Shown: positions 8,793 to 17,963, numbered from the stretch's first letter. The stretch is DNA of 27,579 nucleotides from an uncultured Candidatus Saccharimonas sp. (GCA_943355165.1 CALREK010000001.1:1-27579), one strand, 5' to 3'. Translations and numbers: made by a program. The notes: generated by a model not told the origin, from the letters alone.

Positions 8793-10931
8793 ATGAAGAT
8801 TAAGCTGATTGCAGTTTTGTTGATACTAAATATCACTGCTCAAACCATGCTAGCTCCTATAGCAAATGCCGTAACAGGCCCAAGCTGGAAGCCAGGCAAT
8901 ATTATCGCAAACTCTCTATTTATGACAAGTGGCACGATGTCAGTAAGCGATATTCAAGCATTTCTTAATTCAAAAGTAGGAACAGGAAGCAACGGCACAC
9001 CAGGACAATGCGATACGAATGGTGTTAAAACATCGGAATTTGGCGGCGGAACGCGTGCGGATTATGGCGCAGCTCACAACAATCTGGCTCCATTTACTTG
9101 TCTGAAAGATTACTACGAAGTACCAAAAATTACACCTGGCCCTAGCGTTCCTGCAAATAACTATGGCGGCGCTGCTATCCCTGTAGGAGCAAAAAGTGCT
9201 GCAAATCTTATATACGATGCCGCACAAACCTACCGCATAAATCCAAAAGTCCTATTGGTCACAATTCAGAAAGAATCATCAGGACCGCTAATAACAGACG
9301 ATTGGCCGTTCCTAAAACAATATACCTATGCTATGGGTGCGCACTGTCCTGACAGTGGGCCTGGAGGATCAGCGAACTGTGATGTCAATTATTCTGGATT
9401 CTCAATTCAAATATCAGAATCTGCGGCCCTGTTCAGATACTACTTAGACAATATGTCCCAGCCTTGGTGGCCATACAAAAAAGTTGGCAATAATACGGTT
9501 CAATATAACCCAAATGCAGCATGCGGCAGCACTGTAGTGAACATCGAGAACTCTGCAACAGCTGCGCTCTACACCTATACTCCTTATCAGCCAAACCAAG
9601 CCGCACTTAATAATCTTTATGGATTAGGCGACTCATGCAGTGCCTATGGGAATCGTAATTTTTGGAGGATGTATAACGACTGGTTCGGTTCAACTCTTGG
9701 CGCAGACTACGCTTGGGAGCTTACAGGACAATCTGCCCAAAAAAGTGATATTGATCCTACACCCGTAAATCTATCCACTCTACGCTCAGGAGACAGAATA
9801 TACCTTGGCTTTACTGCGCTTAATACTGGTGATGCAACCTGGACAAAAACAGGACCTAACCCTGTTTTCGTAGGAACAACTAGTCCTGCCGACCGCTTAA
9901 GTCCCATGCGTGATGTTTCGTGGCAAGGCCTAACTAGACCTGCCGTACTTACCGAATCTAATGTGCCACCAGGCGGTATTGGAACATTCAAATTCTGGGT
10001 AACTATTCCAAGCAATCCCGGAGATTACACCGAATACTACAGTCTGCTGGCTGAAGGTAAGACATGGATGAACAATACAGGCCTCAATTTTACTATGAGA
10101 GTAATACCAGACATCTACAGCTGGCAATTAACTAGCCAGTATGCCTTTACTAATCAGACTAAAACAACATCAACTGGACTAGGCAATCTTTCTCCAGGAC
10201 AGAAAGTATACGTGGGCATAACAGCAAAAAATACTGGCAATGTTACTTGGGTTAATAGTGGAACAAATCCTGTATTTTTAGGTACCTCACACGAACAAAA
10301 TAGAGTTAGTCGATTCATGAACGGCTCGGGATGGCAAAGTCCTATCCGGGCAGCATTATTAAAAGAAGCCAGCGTGGCGCCCGGCGAATCGGGAACTTTT
10401 GAGTTCTGGATGACAGCACCCTATTCAAGCCCTGGAGAATTTAGAGAATACTTTAACCTATTATCTGAAGGAAAGGCATGGATGAACGACTTAGGACTAA
10501 ACTTTTCGGGGACACTAGCCAACCCTACCTATTCTTGGGCACTTAATTATCAATATGCTTTCTCCGATAGGACGAAAACGACTCCAATCGGGCTTAACAA
10601 TATGAAGCCAAATGACACTGCTTTAATTGGTATCAGTATTAAGAATACTGGCTCTGCAACTTGGTACAAAAACGGCTTATATCCAATGCATCTAGGAACA
10701 TCAAGACCAACAGCCAGAAACAGCCCCTTCTATACGGCAGGATGGCCGGGCTATTCACGTCCAGCCAATATGACTGAAGACATAGTATCGCCTGGACAAA
10801 ATGCAACTTTTGAATTTATGATAACAGCCCCTACAACAAAAGATCACTACTTAGAATATTTTAACCCTGTGGTTGAGGGCATAAATTGGCTAACAGATAT
10901 AGGCCTAAACTATAGTATCTACGTAAATTAA
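8793..10931 (+). CDS. Secreted surface protein: signal peptide, 6-Cys N-terminal domain with lysozyme/SLT-like motif, three Ig-like repeats
   Basis: Signal peptide ending in ANA; LIYDAAQTYRINPKVLLVTIQKESS; YNPNAACG, ATAALYTYTPYQPN, YGNRNFW..YNDWFGST; C-terminal 3x about 135 aa repeats. Confidence 0.75.
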   Translation: MKIKLIAVLLILNITAQTMLAPIANAVTGPSWKPGNIIANSLFMTSGTMSVSDIQAFLNSKVGTGSNGTPGQCDTNGVKTSEFGGGTRADYGAAHNNLAPFTCLKDYYEVPKITPGPSVPANNYGGAAIPVGAKSAANLIYDAAQTYRINPKVLLVTIQKESSGPLITDDWPFLKQYTYAMGAHCPDSGPGGSANCDVNYSGFSIQISESAALFRYYLDNMSQPWWPYKKVGNNTVQYNPNAACGSTVVNIENSATAALYTYTPYQPNQAALNNLYGLGDSCSAYGNRNFWRMYNDWFGSTLGADYAWELTGQSAQKSDIDPTPVNLSTLRSGDRIYLGFTALNTGDATWTKTGPNPVFVGTTSPADRLSPMRDVSWQGLTRPAVLTESNVPPGGIGTFKFWVTIPSNPGDYTEYYSLLAEGKTWMNNTGLNFTMRVIPDIYSWQLTSQYAFTNQTKTTSTGLGNLSPGQKVYVGITAKNTGNVTWVNSGTNPVFLGTSHEQNRVSRFMNGSGWQSPIRAALLKEASVAPGESGTFEFWMTAPYSSPGEFREYFNLLSEGKAWMNDLGLNFSGTLANPTYSWALNYQYAFSDRTKTTPIGLNNMKPNDTALIGISIKNTGSATWYKNGLYPMHLGTSRPTARNSPFYTAGWPGYSRPANMTEDIVSPGQNATFEFMITAPTTKDHYLEYFNPVVEGINWLTDIGLNYSIYVN
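9708..10928 (+). repeat. Three tandem protein-level repeats (about 136, 138, 133 aa), NBR1-type Ig-like
   Basis: Each unit: Y.W.L..Q ... NTG..TW ... LGT(S) ... W ... R ... E..V.PG....F.F....P ... EY..L..EG..W....GLN; units start at 9708, 10116, 10530; DNA is diverged. Confidence 0.85.
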
Positions 10932-13132
10932 TCGACTAGACAGCCTATGTTGTCTAGAACTAGATTGTGACCATCTTTATAGCGCAGCGTGATTTTAGCC
11001 CCTAGTGGAGAAACAAAATCAATATTTTTAAGATGATTGTCGATTGGAATAGTTTTTAGCACTCTATCGTTAATATTAACTTCTAGCTGGCCACTATCTC
11101 CTACTATCGCTGTAGCAACATCAAAGCAAACAGCAACTTGTTTGATGCTATTTTTTGGCCACAACCCTCTAGTACTTAATTCCATACCTGAAGCAACCTC
11201 ATACTTCATGTCTATTGGAGTCTTCATTAGGTCTAGATTTATTAAAAATCCTTTACCCAGAGTCACAGCCACGTCAACAGCCACACCAGGCCTTATCTTG
11301 GCAAGAATAATATTGTTAGTAGGAGCGCCCCTTACCATAGTTAACCCGTAAACAATTGGTGTCTCCTCTTTAATAATCTCAAGCTGAGTAGTTTTAGCTA
11401 GCACCTGCTCAGATGTTAGTCCGTGTATAGTGATGTATTTTATGCCCAGGCCTCTCAGCACCGGCAAAGTTTGTGGATCCGTTAAATCTTTTATGCCTAT
11501 ATGGAGCCCTTCTTCTTTGCTAATCGCTACATCACTATTAAGTATCGGCTTGCCGTGGACAACTTGCATCGTAAGATAATAAACCACCGAATCATACTCT
11601 ACACCCGATCTATCTAACGGATATTCTGCTATAGCATTAATCTCTGGGTCGTCTGCTATTCTCCTGTATATCTTTGGCACATCTCTAGTGTAGCTGAAAT
11701 TAAATGGCCTAAATGAGTCGTGCACCTGATACTCAAGCGCTATGCACAAGAACAACACAACAAGCACTACATTTAGCACTCTTTTGTAGTTATATTTTTT
11801 CACAGAATCATAAATATATGAGAGCGATAAGACAAATGCCACAGCAGCAGCAAAGTTCAATAACAGGAATTCTCTGGCAAATATACGCCAAGTAGAGGTT
11901 GCTTTTATGATAAGCCCTGAAGGCATTAGAACACCATGTATTCTTGGCGGCATCCCAATCAAAAAGCTGATTACTGCAAGAAACAAAACGCTAGTGATAA
12001 ATAATTGCTTGTCATAGGCGATTTTTATTGTTCTGGATTTTCGCCCGACTAACCTTTCCCAAACTATAGCCACGAGAGCCAATAAAATTACCGCCATCAC
12101 AGTTAAGCTAATTGAAACTCTGCTTTCGCCAGGGCCACACCAATGTCTAAGTTTAATATTAGTTCTTGTGTATCTAGACCCCAAATACTTAACTAGATTA
12201 TTATTGTAAGGATCCGGCAGAAGGTAATCTAGGGGTAAATTGCTACACAGCATCGCAGCTGCCTCTATATCTCCCCTGACAGCTCCTGTTTGTGCGTTTA
12301 TTAAGGCTGCACTTTTTACCCTAGTGTATACAAGCGGAGAGACTAGAATACCAAACATACCAATACTAACAAGAACTGTCTTGAATAGATTTGTATTTTT
12401 TTGAACTAAATCACGAATTGAATTACGAGACCTAACCTCAAGCATTATCCATGCAAGCAATATGGCCGCAATTACTGTTCCTGCAAGAAGTATAAAATAA
12501 GGGTCAAAATAAAAGCAGCACGCCAAAATAATTGCTAAAAAAGCAGCAGACTTTATATTAGAGCGTTTAATTAAATGATGAACCGCCCAGAACACTAGAA
12601 TCAGCAAGCTGGCATAACCATAACTAGGGTGTCCGCCTACTTTTGATTGTGCGTATGGCGTAAACGATACTATATAGCCCGCGACCAAACCTATCCAGTA
12701 TCGCTTAGTTAGATAATATACGAACCAGAACATTAAAATCGCAGTACTCAAAAAACCAATTATATTCATCGCATTATAGGCACAAACCGGTCCCACTACT
12801 TTACTGATTGTACGCATTTCTAACGTTTGTCCAGCCGCCACAATCCCTACAGGTGAATATAAATCTTCACCAAATGGGAAATTGGTCATTTTTTCGGGCC
12901 CCCCAAAGAAAGGCTGAGATGGCTTCAGACTATTCCTCCAAATCGGGCCTCCCGTACTATCACCAAAACCAATTAAAGTATCTTTGCAATTCCAAGTACT
13001 TGGCCCCATATACATAACAGTAAAAAATAAGTAAAAAATGACAACAAAGACGAATCTAAGTCTTGTGTCGCCGAAGTATTTTAGCAATCGACTACGATGA
13101 TCTGACGACATTATTGCTTTTTTTGAACTCAT
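10928..13132 (-). CDS. Large polytopic membrane protein, probable GT-C (YfhO-like) glycosyltransferase, paralog 2
   Basis: Colinear with 3546..5717 over its full length (GFGDSTGG, TNFPFGEDLYSP, SFTPYAQSKVGGH, FYFDPYF, IAEYP, YYLTMQVVH); start ATG 13132 preferred because ATG 13141 overlaps a TATAAT box; stop shares TTAA with the convergent gene. Confidence 0.62.
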   Translation of the reverse strand: MSSKKAIMSSDHRSRLLKYFGDTRLRFVFVVIFYLFFTVMYMGPSTWNCKDTLIGFGDSTGGPIWRNSLKPSQPFFGGPEKMTNFPFGEDLYSPVGIVAAGQTLEMRTISKVVGPVCAYNAMNIIGFLSTAILMFWFVYYLTKRYWIGLVAGYIVSFTPYAQSKVGGHPSYGYASLLILVFWAVHHLIKRSNIKSAAFLAIILACCFYFDPYFILLAGTVIAAILLAWIMLEVRSRNSIRDLVQKNTNLFKTVLVSIGMFGILVSPLVYTRVKSAALINAQTGAVRGDIEAAAMLCSNLPLDYLLPDPYNNNLVKYLGSRYTRTNIKLRHWCGPGESRVSISLTVMAVILLALVAIVWERLVGRKSRTIKIAYDKQLFITSVLFLAVISFLIGMPPRIHGVLMPSGLIIKATSTWRIFAREFLLLNFAAAVAFVLSLSYIYDSVKKYNYKRVLNVVLVVLFLCIALEYQVHDSFRPFNFSYTRDVPKIYRRIADDPEINAIAEYPLDRSGVEYDSVVYYLTMQVVHGKPILNSDVAISKEEGLHIGIKDLTDPQTLPVLRGLGIKYITIHGLTSEQVLAKTTQLEIIKEETPIVYGLTMVRGAPTNNIILAKIRPGVAVDVAVTLGKGFLINLDLMKTPIDMKYEVASGMELSTRGLWPKNSIKQVAVCFDVATAIVGDSGQLEVNINDRVLKTIPIDNHLKNIDFVSPLGAKITLRYKDGHNLVLDNIGCLVD

Positions 13133-13139
13133 TACAAGC

Positions 13140-13148
13140 ATTATAGCA
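13140..13148 (-). promoter_or_regulatory. Extended -10 (TGC-TATAAT), 7 nt before ATG 13132
   Basis: Perfect TGnTATAAT; lies in the gap after the GT2 stop, so an internal promoter. Confidence 0.62.
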
Positions 13149-13173
13149 ATTTTGTACTGGAATCTTTAGTAAC

Positions 13174-14208
13174 TTACTTACGCCTAATGGAAGTCTTAAT
13201 AAAAGCCCTCCATATACCTAGTCCATAAAATATCGCAAACACTGGAGATAGAACAAAAAAACTTAACGAATCTTTGTATGGCACACCAATCAACGACAGC
13301 ATAATAATCTCTGCAAACCACATAATTAAACCTATTAATATCAGCATTGGGAAAAACTGAGGCGCTAATATGATGAATATAGGCAAAACAACCGTAAGTA
13401 TCAAAAAACCAACAAGAGGCCAGAAGTATTTATTGCCGTCTCGTCTTAAAAATCCATCCACAAAAACCTTACCCCTATGATATACGTGTTTAACGTATTG
13501 CTTCATGGTTGAGCGGGCATGATATGTACACCAAAAATCAGGACTAACACTTATTGAGTTGGTCTCTGCTACATGACGAAGCAACAAGGTATCATCGTTA
13601 GAAGTCTTAAGATCCTTGGTATTTTTTAAGAACCACTTGTTTGCCTCTTTAAGAATGGTCTTGGTGATAAAAAAACAAGTAGTTCCTTTTGGATATTCAT
13701 CAAAATCTTTAATGCCATACGATAAATCACGCGGATTTTTAAAATACTTTCGCCACGACACGTACGCTATTACTTCCCAGAATCTAGCATATGGGTTACC
13801 TTTAGTATCGATTCGAACATGACTACACCAAACGTTACGAGTCGCGTCCTTTTCGCGTCGTCCTAGAACATAAGCCAAGGACTCCTCGCCAATATAAACA
13901 CGCGTATCAACAAAGAGTAAGTTCTCGTATTTTGCGTGATCGGCACCTGTTTGCCTAGCCAGAAATCTCCCGCCATTATCTTGACTAACGATTCTAATAG
14001 GTAGGCTGGTGTTGTCTTTAACTCCTTCAACAACCTTTACAGTGTCATCTGTCGATCCATCATCTACCACAATGATTTCAAATTTTACAATTTCGGCATA
14101 ATCAAGTGCTGTCTTAATTTTACTTATAGTGCTTGGCAGCCATTTTGACCCGTTATAAGTAGGTACTACGACAGTCAAGCCTTCTGATTTGAATTTATTA
14201 TTGTTCAT
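13174..14208 (-). CDS. GT2-family glycosyltransferase with C-terminal TM helices
   Basis: VVVPTYNG, IIVVDDGSTDDT, NGGRFLARQTG, LLFVDTR, two hydrophobic C-terminal segments. Confidence 0.85.
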   Translation of the reverse strand: MNNNKFKSEGLTVVVPTYNGSKWLPSTISKIKTALDYAEIVKFEIIVVDDGSTDDTVKVVEGVKDNTSLPIRIVSQDNGGRFLARQTGADHAKYENLLFVDTRVYIGEESLAYVLGRREKDATRNVWCSHVRIDTKGNPYARFWEVIAYVSWRKYFKNPRDLSYGIKDFDEYPKGTTCFFITKTILKEANKWFLKNTKDLKTSNDDTLLLRHVAETNSISVSPDFWCTYHARSTMKQYVKHVYHRGKVFVDGFLRRDGNKYFWPLVGFLILTVVLPIFIILAPQFFPMLILIGLIMWFAEIIMLSLIGVPYKDSLSFFVLSPVFAIFYGLGIWRAFIKTSIRRK

Positions 14209-14255
14209 TATTTTACGCTTTTTCTGATTAGTTGGCTGTTTGGGTGTGAAATCCT

Positions 14256-14264
14256 ATTATAGCA
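14256..14264 (-). promoter_or_regulatory. Extended -10 (TGC-TATAAT) for GT2, leadered
   Basis: Perfect TGnTATAAT 47 nt upstream of ATG 14208. Confidence 0.55.
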
Positions 14265-14327
14265 ATGATGATACGCTAAATAAAATCCCCTAACTTTTTT
14301 GCATCCAACAGTCTAAACTATATAGTA

Positions 14328-15569
14328 ATGAAGAAGACTACATTTACTTTTATCATTTTGAGCGCTGCAGCTTCGTTCTTTAATTACGCAACATACCCAG
14401 CACTATCTCGAATATTAAACGTCAATCAGTTCGTCGATATTACAGTCGCTCTTGCTCTATTCACCCAATTATCCTCATTTACACTAACTATCGTCGCCAT
14501 AACTATTGGACTTTCAAAACAAAACGGTCCTGAATTAAATTCTACTATTGAAAAATTACAGGCAGTTTTAGCGCATATGTTTTTGGGAGTAATCCTAATA
14601 TTCCTAATTTTGTCACCATTATTCATGCAAAAGCTACATCTACCAGCTTCAATGCTATTGCCTATTTGTGCGATGCTCGCGTTATCAATATCTATGTCCG
14701 TAATCACTGGTTATCTGAACGGAAAACAAAAATTAGTCAAACTCGGAACAGCCATTATGTTGTCTGCAGTTTTACAATTTTTACTATGCATAATCGTTGG
14801 AATAATAACAAAAAATGGAGCTCTCGCACTTGATGCCATGGCTTTAGGCTCGCTAATTTCTATAATATTCATCTACATTTTCTACAAGGATGAAAACTTG
14901 CCAAGATTGAGTACAATTTTCATCCATCGACTCGATCTTTACCGTTCTAAACCTATGCGTGCGCTTATAACTTTCACTGTTTGGGCTTCACTTGCTGCTA
15001 TAGCGACAAATATTCTAATGATTTTTGATTTATTACTAGTTAATAATCGGCAGGTAGATGCCCAGGCGTACACCGACCTTTATGTTGTTAGTCGGATAGT
15101 GTTCTTTGGTGGTATGCTTTTTGTTTGGCCATTTTTATCAAATATACATATCGGCCAACCAAAGCATAATATCGATTTACTTAAAAGATTAACTTCATTA
15201 TTTATTGCAATTTCTGTGTCTGCATCAGTTGTCATGGCTTTATTTGGTAAGCAAGTCGTAGAGTTGCTACTAGGGTCGGGTCATCAAGCTAGTATTGATA
15301 TAAGATGGCTTGCAATCATGTCAATTATCTATAAATTTATATATCTAATGATTACCGCCCTGACTCTAAGTTTCATTGTAATGAGAAGTTATTGGGCAAT
15401 TGGCTTACCTATTGTTCTCACAGTTGTAAGTCTGGGATTCGTATTTGCTTCTGGACCTAATATATCGACAGCAAGATTAGTATCCGGACTAGATATTTCG
15501 GCCACAATGGGGCTAGGTGTCGGCTTGGTTGCATTTTTCCGACAAAAAAATGCACCTAAATTCAATTAA
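14328..15569 (+). CDS. Wzx/MOP-superfamily oligosaccharide flippase-like membrane protein
   Basis: 413 aa with about 11-12 hydrophobic segments; FFNYATYPALSRIL N-terminus; GYLNGKQKL; located in a glycan cluster. Confidence 0.62.
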   Translation: MKKTTFTFIILSAAASFFNYATYPALSRILNVNQFVDITVALALFTQLSSFTLTIVAITIGLSKQNGPELNSTIEKLQAVLAHMFLGVILIFLILSPLFMQKLHLPASMLLPICAMLALSISMSVITGYLNGKQKLVKLGTAIMLSAVLQFLLCIIVGIITKNGALALDAMALGSLISIIFIYIFYKDENLPRLSTIFIHRLDLYRSKPMRALITFTVWASLAAIATNILMIFDLLLVNNRQVDAQAYTDLYVVSRIVFFGGMLFVWPFLSNIHIGQPKHNIDLLKRLTSLFIAISVSASVVMALFGKQVVELLLGSGHQASIDIRWLAIMSIIYKFIYLMITALTLSFIVMRSYWAIGLPIVLTVVSLGFVFASGPNISTARLVSGLDISATMGLGVGLVAFFRQKNAPKFN

Positions 15570-15590
15570 CCAAAGACTTACTCTGATTTT

Positions 15591-16775
15591 CTATAGATAC
15601 TTGACTAGTTCTCGTATGACTATCTGGTGATCGAATTCACTTGCTTGTTCAGCCGCATCTTTGGCCATTTTTTTTCTTAACTTATCATCTTTTAGTAAAT
15701 TAATAAGCGCATCAGCAAAACGCTTTGTGTCGTATAGAGGCGAGCTAATATATCCTTTTTTATAGACACCACCAAATATATCTAAATCGTAAGACACTAC
15801 GGGAAGGGCGCACGACATAGCCTCACATACTGCTAGTCCCCAGCCGTTTTCATGATCTGGACAAAGAAAAACTTTTGCACTTTTTAGAATATTATAAACT
15901 TCTTCTTTATCAATAAATCCGAGAAGACTAAAACTATCAGACAAAGAAGCTTCGGATAATTTTTCTTTCATTTTATTCACATAACTATCACCACCACCGC
16001 CGATCCAGGCTAATTTCAATTCTGGAAACTCTGCATGTACTCTCTTCCAAATCTTTACTGTATCAAAAATACCTTTTACCGGGGTTATCCTGCCTAAAAC
16101 AACAACATCATAATTGTATTTTTTTGTAACTTTAAAATCATGTATTTTTTTAAAGTCTATTCCTGCGCCTAGTATGCCTAACTTGTCTCCAGTAAATCCT
16201 AGATCTAGAACTTCGTCATAAAGTTTTTTATTAAGTGCAAATATCTTGCTGCTACGCTTCTTCATCATCCAAAAGCTCAATCTTTGTAGTCTAAATGCTA
16301 CTACATTAACCAGATAGCTACCTTGTCGATTTTTGGGGCTCAATAGCACATGATAGATTCTTGACAACCATTTAATGTCAGGATTGCGTCTAGCTATTAA
16401 AAACGAAGGCCAAATGTCTGCATATGCAATGTCCGATGAAGAGTAAATAGTCTGTAGATTTTCTTCCTTTTTCAATATCCCATATACTTGCATGGCTCGA
16501 ATTACATATGAGAAAAATATGAAGAACGGATTACCCTTATTATCAAATCTATTTGGAGGCAAAAACCTAAATTCTATGTTTGTTTGATCTATTTTGTCCC
16601 AGTGTTTTTTTACGAATAGAGGCGTTATGACAATAATTTTTATGTTTTTAGGCAACCTAGGAGCAATGTCCAAAAAAAGCTGGTCTCCACCAGTAATTAC
16701 ATCCGAATAAACTAGCCCCGTATAAAGAACATGAACTGTTTTTTGATTTGATGGTTTTTTCTGCGGTTTGGCCAT
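15591..16775 (-). CDS. GT4-family glycosyltransferase
   Basis: N-terminal TGGD, GRITPVKG, HENGWGLAVCEAMSCALPVV (EX7E-like); 8 nt downstream of the colD-like gene. Confidence 0.85.
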   Translation of the reverse strand: MAKPQKKPSNQKTVHVLYTGLVYSDVITGGDQLFLDIAPRLPKNIKIIVITPLFVKKHWDKIDQTNIEFRFLPPNRFDNKGNPFFIFFSYVIRAMQVYGILKKEENLQTIYSSSDIAYADIWPSFLIARRNPDIKWLSRIYHVLLSPKNRQGSYLVNVVAFRLQRLSFWMMKKRSSKIFALNKKLYDEVLDLGFTGDKLGILGAGIDFKKIHDFKVTKKYNYDVVVLGRITPVKGIFDTVKIWKRVHAEFPELKLAWIGGGGDSYVNKMKEKLSEASLSDSFSLLGFIDKEEVYNILKSAKVFLCPDHENGWGLAVCEAMSCALPVVSYDLDIFGGVYKKGYISSPLYDTKRFADALINLLKDDKLRKKMAKDAAEQASEFDHQIVIRELVKYL

Positions 16776-16783
16776 ATAATCAA

Positions 16784-17956
16784 CTAAACTGTAAATATTG
16801 TAATTATTTGCAGTTTTTCTTCTTCTGTAAGTTCTGGGTTATTGCCAAAATATAATCCTTGCTCATGAATTAAACCAGCATTGGAGTCGACCAAAGTAGC
16901 ATCTTGATACTTTGAGAAAAATGGCTGCTTAGTCATATCACCACCGACAATTGGGCGAAGCTCAATTATGCCGTCACACTTCGCCACTAAATCATCACGT
17001 ATTTTTTTGGAGCGGCAAACTATAGGAACCGCAAAATTAGACAACAGGTCTATGTGATCGTACTTAACTGGATAAAAAAGATCGTCCCGTGCATAAATCT
17101 TCTCTGCAAGCTTATGAAATGTGTCTCGCCTCTTCTCAATAATCTCATCAAGATATGGAATCTGGGTATTGCCAATGAAGCCGTTAATTTCAGTCGGTCG
17201 CAGATTATAGCCTAAATCATAAAAGGTATAGCGTGAGTAAAATGTACTGTTAACATCGTGCTTAGTACGGATGGCTTGCTGTGCTTTTTCTGCAAGGTTC
17301 CTATCCCAACCATGCGCACGAACAAGTCGTAACATAGTTGCAACCTCTTCATCGTCAGTGCACACTGCACCGCCCTCAATTGTTGACATATGATGACCGA
17401 CATAAAACGAGAAAGTGCTAGCTAGTCCGAAATTGCCAAGCTTCTCGCCTTTATAGACCGTCCCTAAAGACTCGCAGTTATCTTCTGCTAAAATTATGTT
17501 TTGGTCGTCACAAATTTTGCGAATCTCGTCTATATCATCGCAAAAACCAAGTAAATTCGTAATAAACAGCATCTTAATATCATTAACTTTAAGAGATTCT
17601 GAGAATTTTTTGCTAGAGACGTTAAGAGTATCTAGCTCGACATCAATAGGTACGACCTCAAGGCCGAGCTCAATAAGAGGCATAACATTCGTAGACCAAG
17701 TTAACGTAGACACGCCTACTTTGTCGCCTTTATTCAGTCTACCCAGGTTAAGTAGCGCTTGAATTATTGCTAAGTTAGCCGAACTACCGCTATTAACAAA
17801 TACACAATACTTTCTACCCTGCCACTTCGCAAAGTTTTCTTCAAACTTATTGCACTCTGGCCCGAAACTTAACATATCGGCTTCTTGAATAAATTTTACT
17901 AGCTTATTCTTAGTATCTTGTTCGTTATAAAAGGTTGTTTTAATCAGTTTTATCAT
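16784..17956 (-). CDS. colD: PLP-dependent DegT-family enzyme, ColD-like GDP-4-keto-6-deoxy-D-mannose 3-dehydratase
   Basis: FVNSGSSANL, LTWSTN, EDNCESLG, SFYVGHHMSTIEGG (His in place of the Schiff-base Lys), RAHGWDRNL, GYNLRPTEI, RPIVGG; no GRDCxC Fe-S motif of E1/RfbH; 390 aa from ATG 17956. Confidence 0.78.
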   Translation of the reverse strand: MIKLIKTTFYNEQDTKNKLVKFIQEADMLSFGPECNKFEENFAKWQGRKYCVFVNSGSSANLAIIQALLNLGRLNKGDKVGVSTLTWSTNVMPLIELGLEVVPIDVELDTLNVSSKKFSESLKVNDIKMLFITNLLGFCDDIDEIRKICDDQNIILAEDNCESLGTVYKGEKLGNFGLASTFSFYVGHHMSTIEGGAVCTDDEEVATMLRLVRAHGWDRNLAEKAQQAIRTKHDVNSTFYSRYTFYDLGYNLRPTEINGFIGNTQIPYLDEIIEKRRDTFHKLAEKIYARDDLFYPVKYDHIDLLSNFAVPIVCRSKKIRDDLVAKCDGIIELRPIVGGDMTKQPFFSKYQDATLVDSNAGLIHEQGLYFGNNPELTEEEKLQIITIFTV

Positions 17957-17963
17957 TACTAAA

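Noticed and set aside
8871-10928. About 15 N-X-S/T sequons in the mature 712-aa protein, suggesting N-glycosylation
   Set aside because: The protein is rich in Asn, Ser and Thr, so this count is not clearly above expectation; it needs a shuffle test
14209-14253. In-frame open extension upstream of the GT2 ATG (DFTPKQPTNQKKRKI) following a TGCTATAAT box
   Set aside because: No in-frame ATG/GTG/TTG before the upstream TAG; treated as 5' UTR
16784-17956. Alternative calls for the DegT protein: perosamine synthase or E1/RfbH
   Set aside because: His replaces the catalytic Lys required by aminotransferases, and the GRDCxC Fe-S motif of E1 is absent
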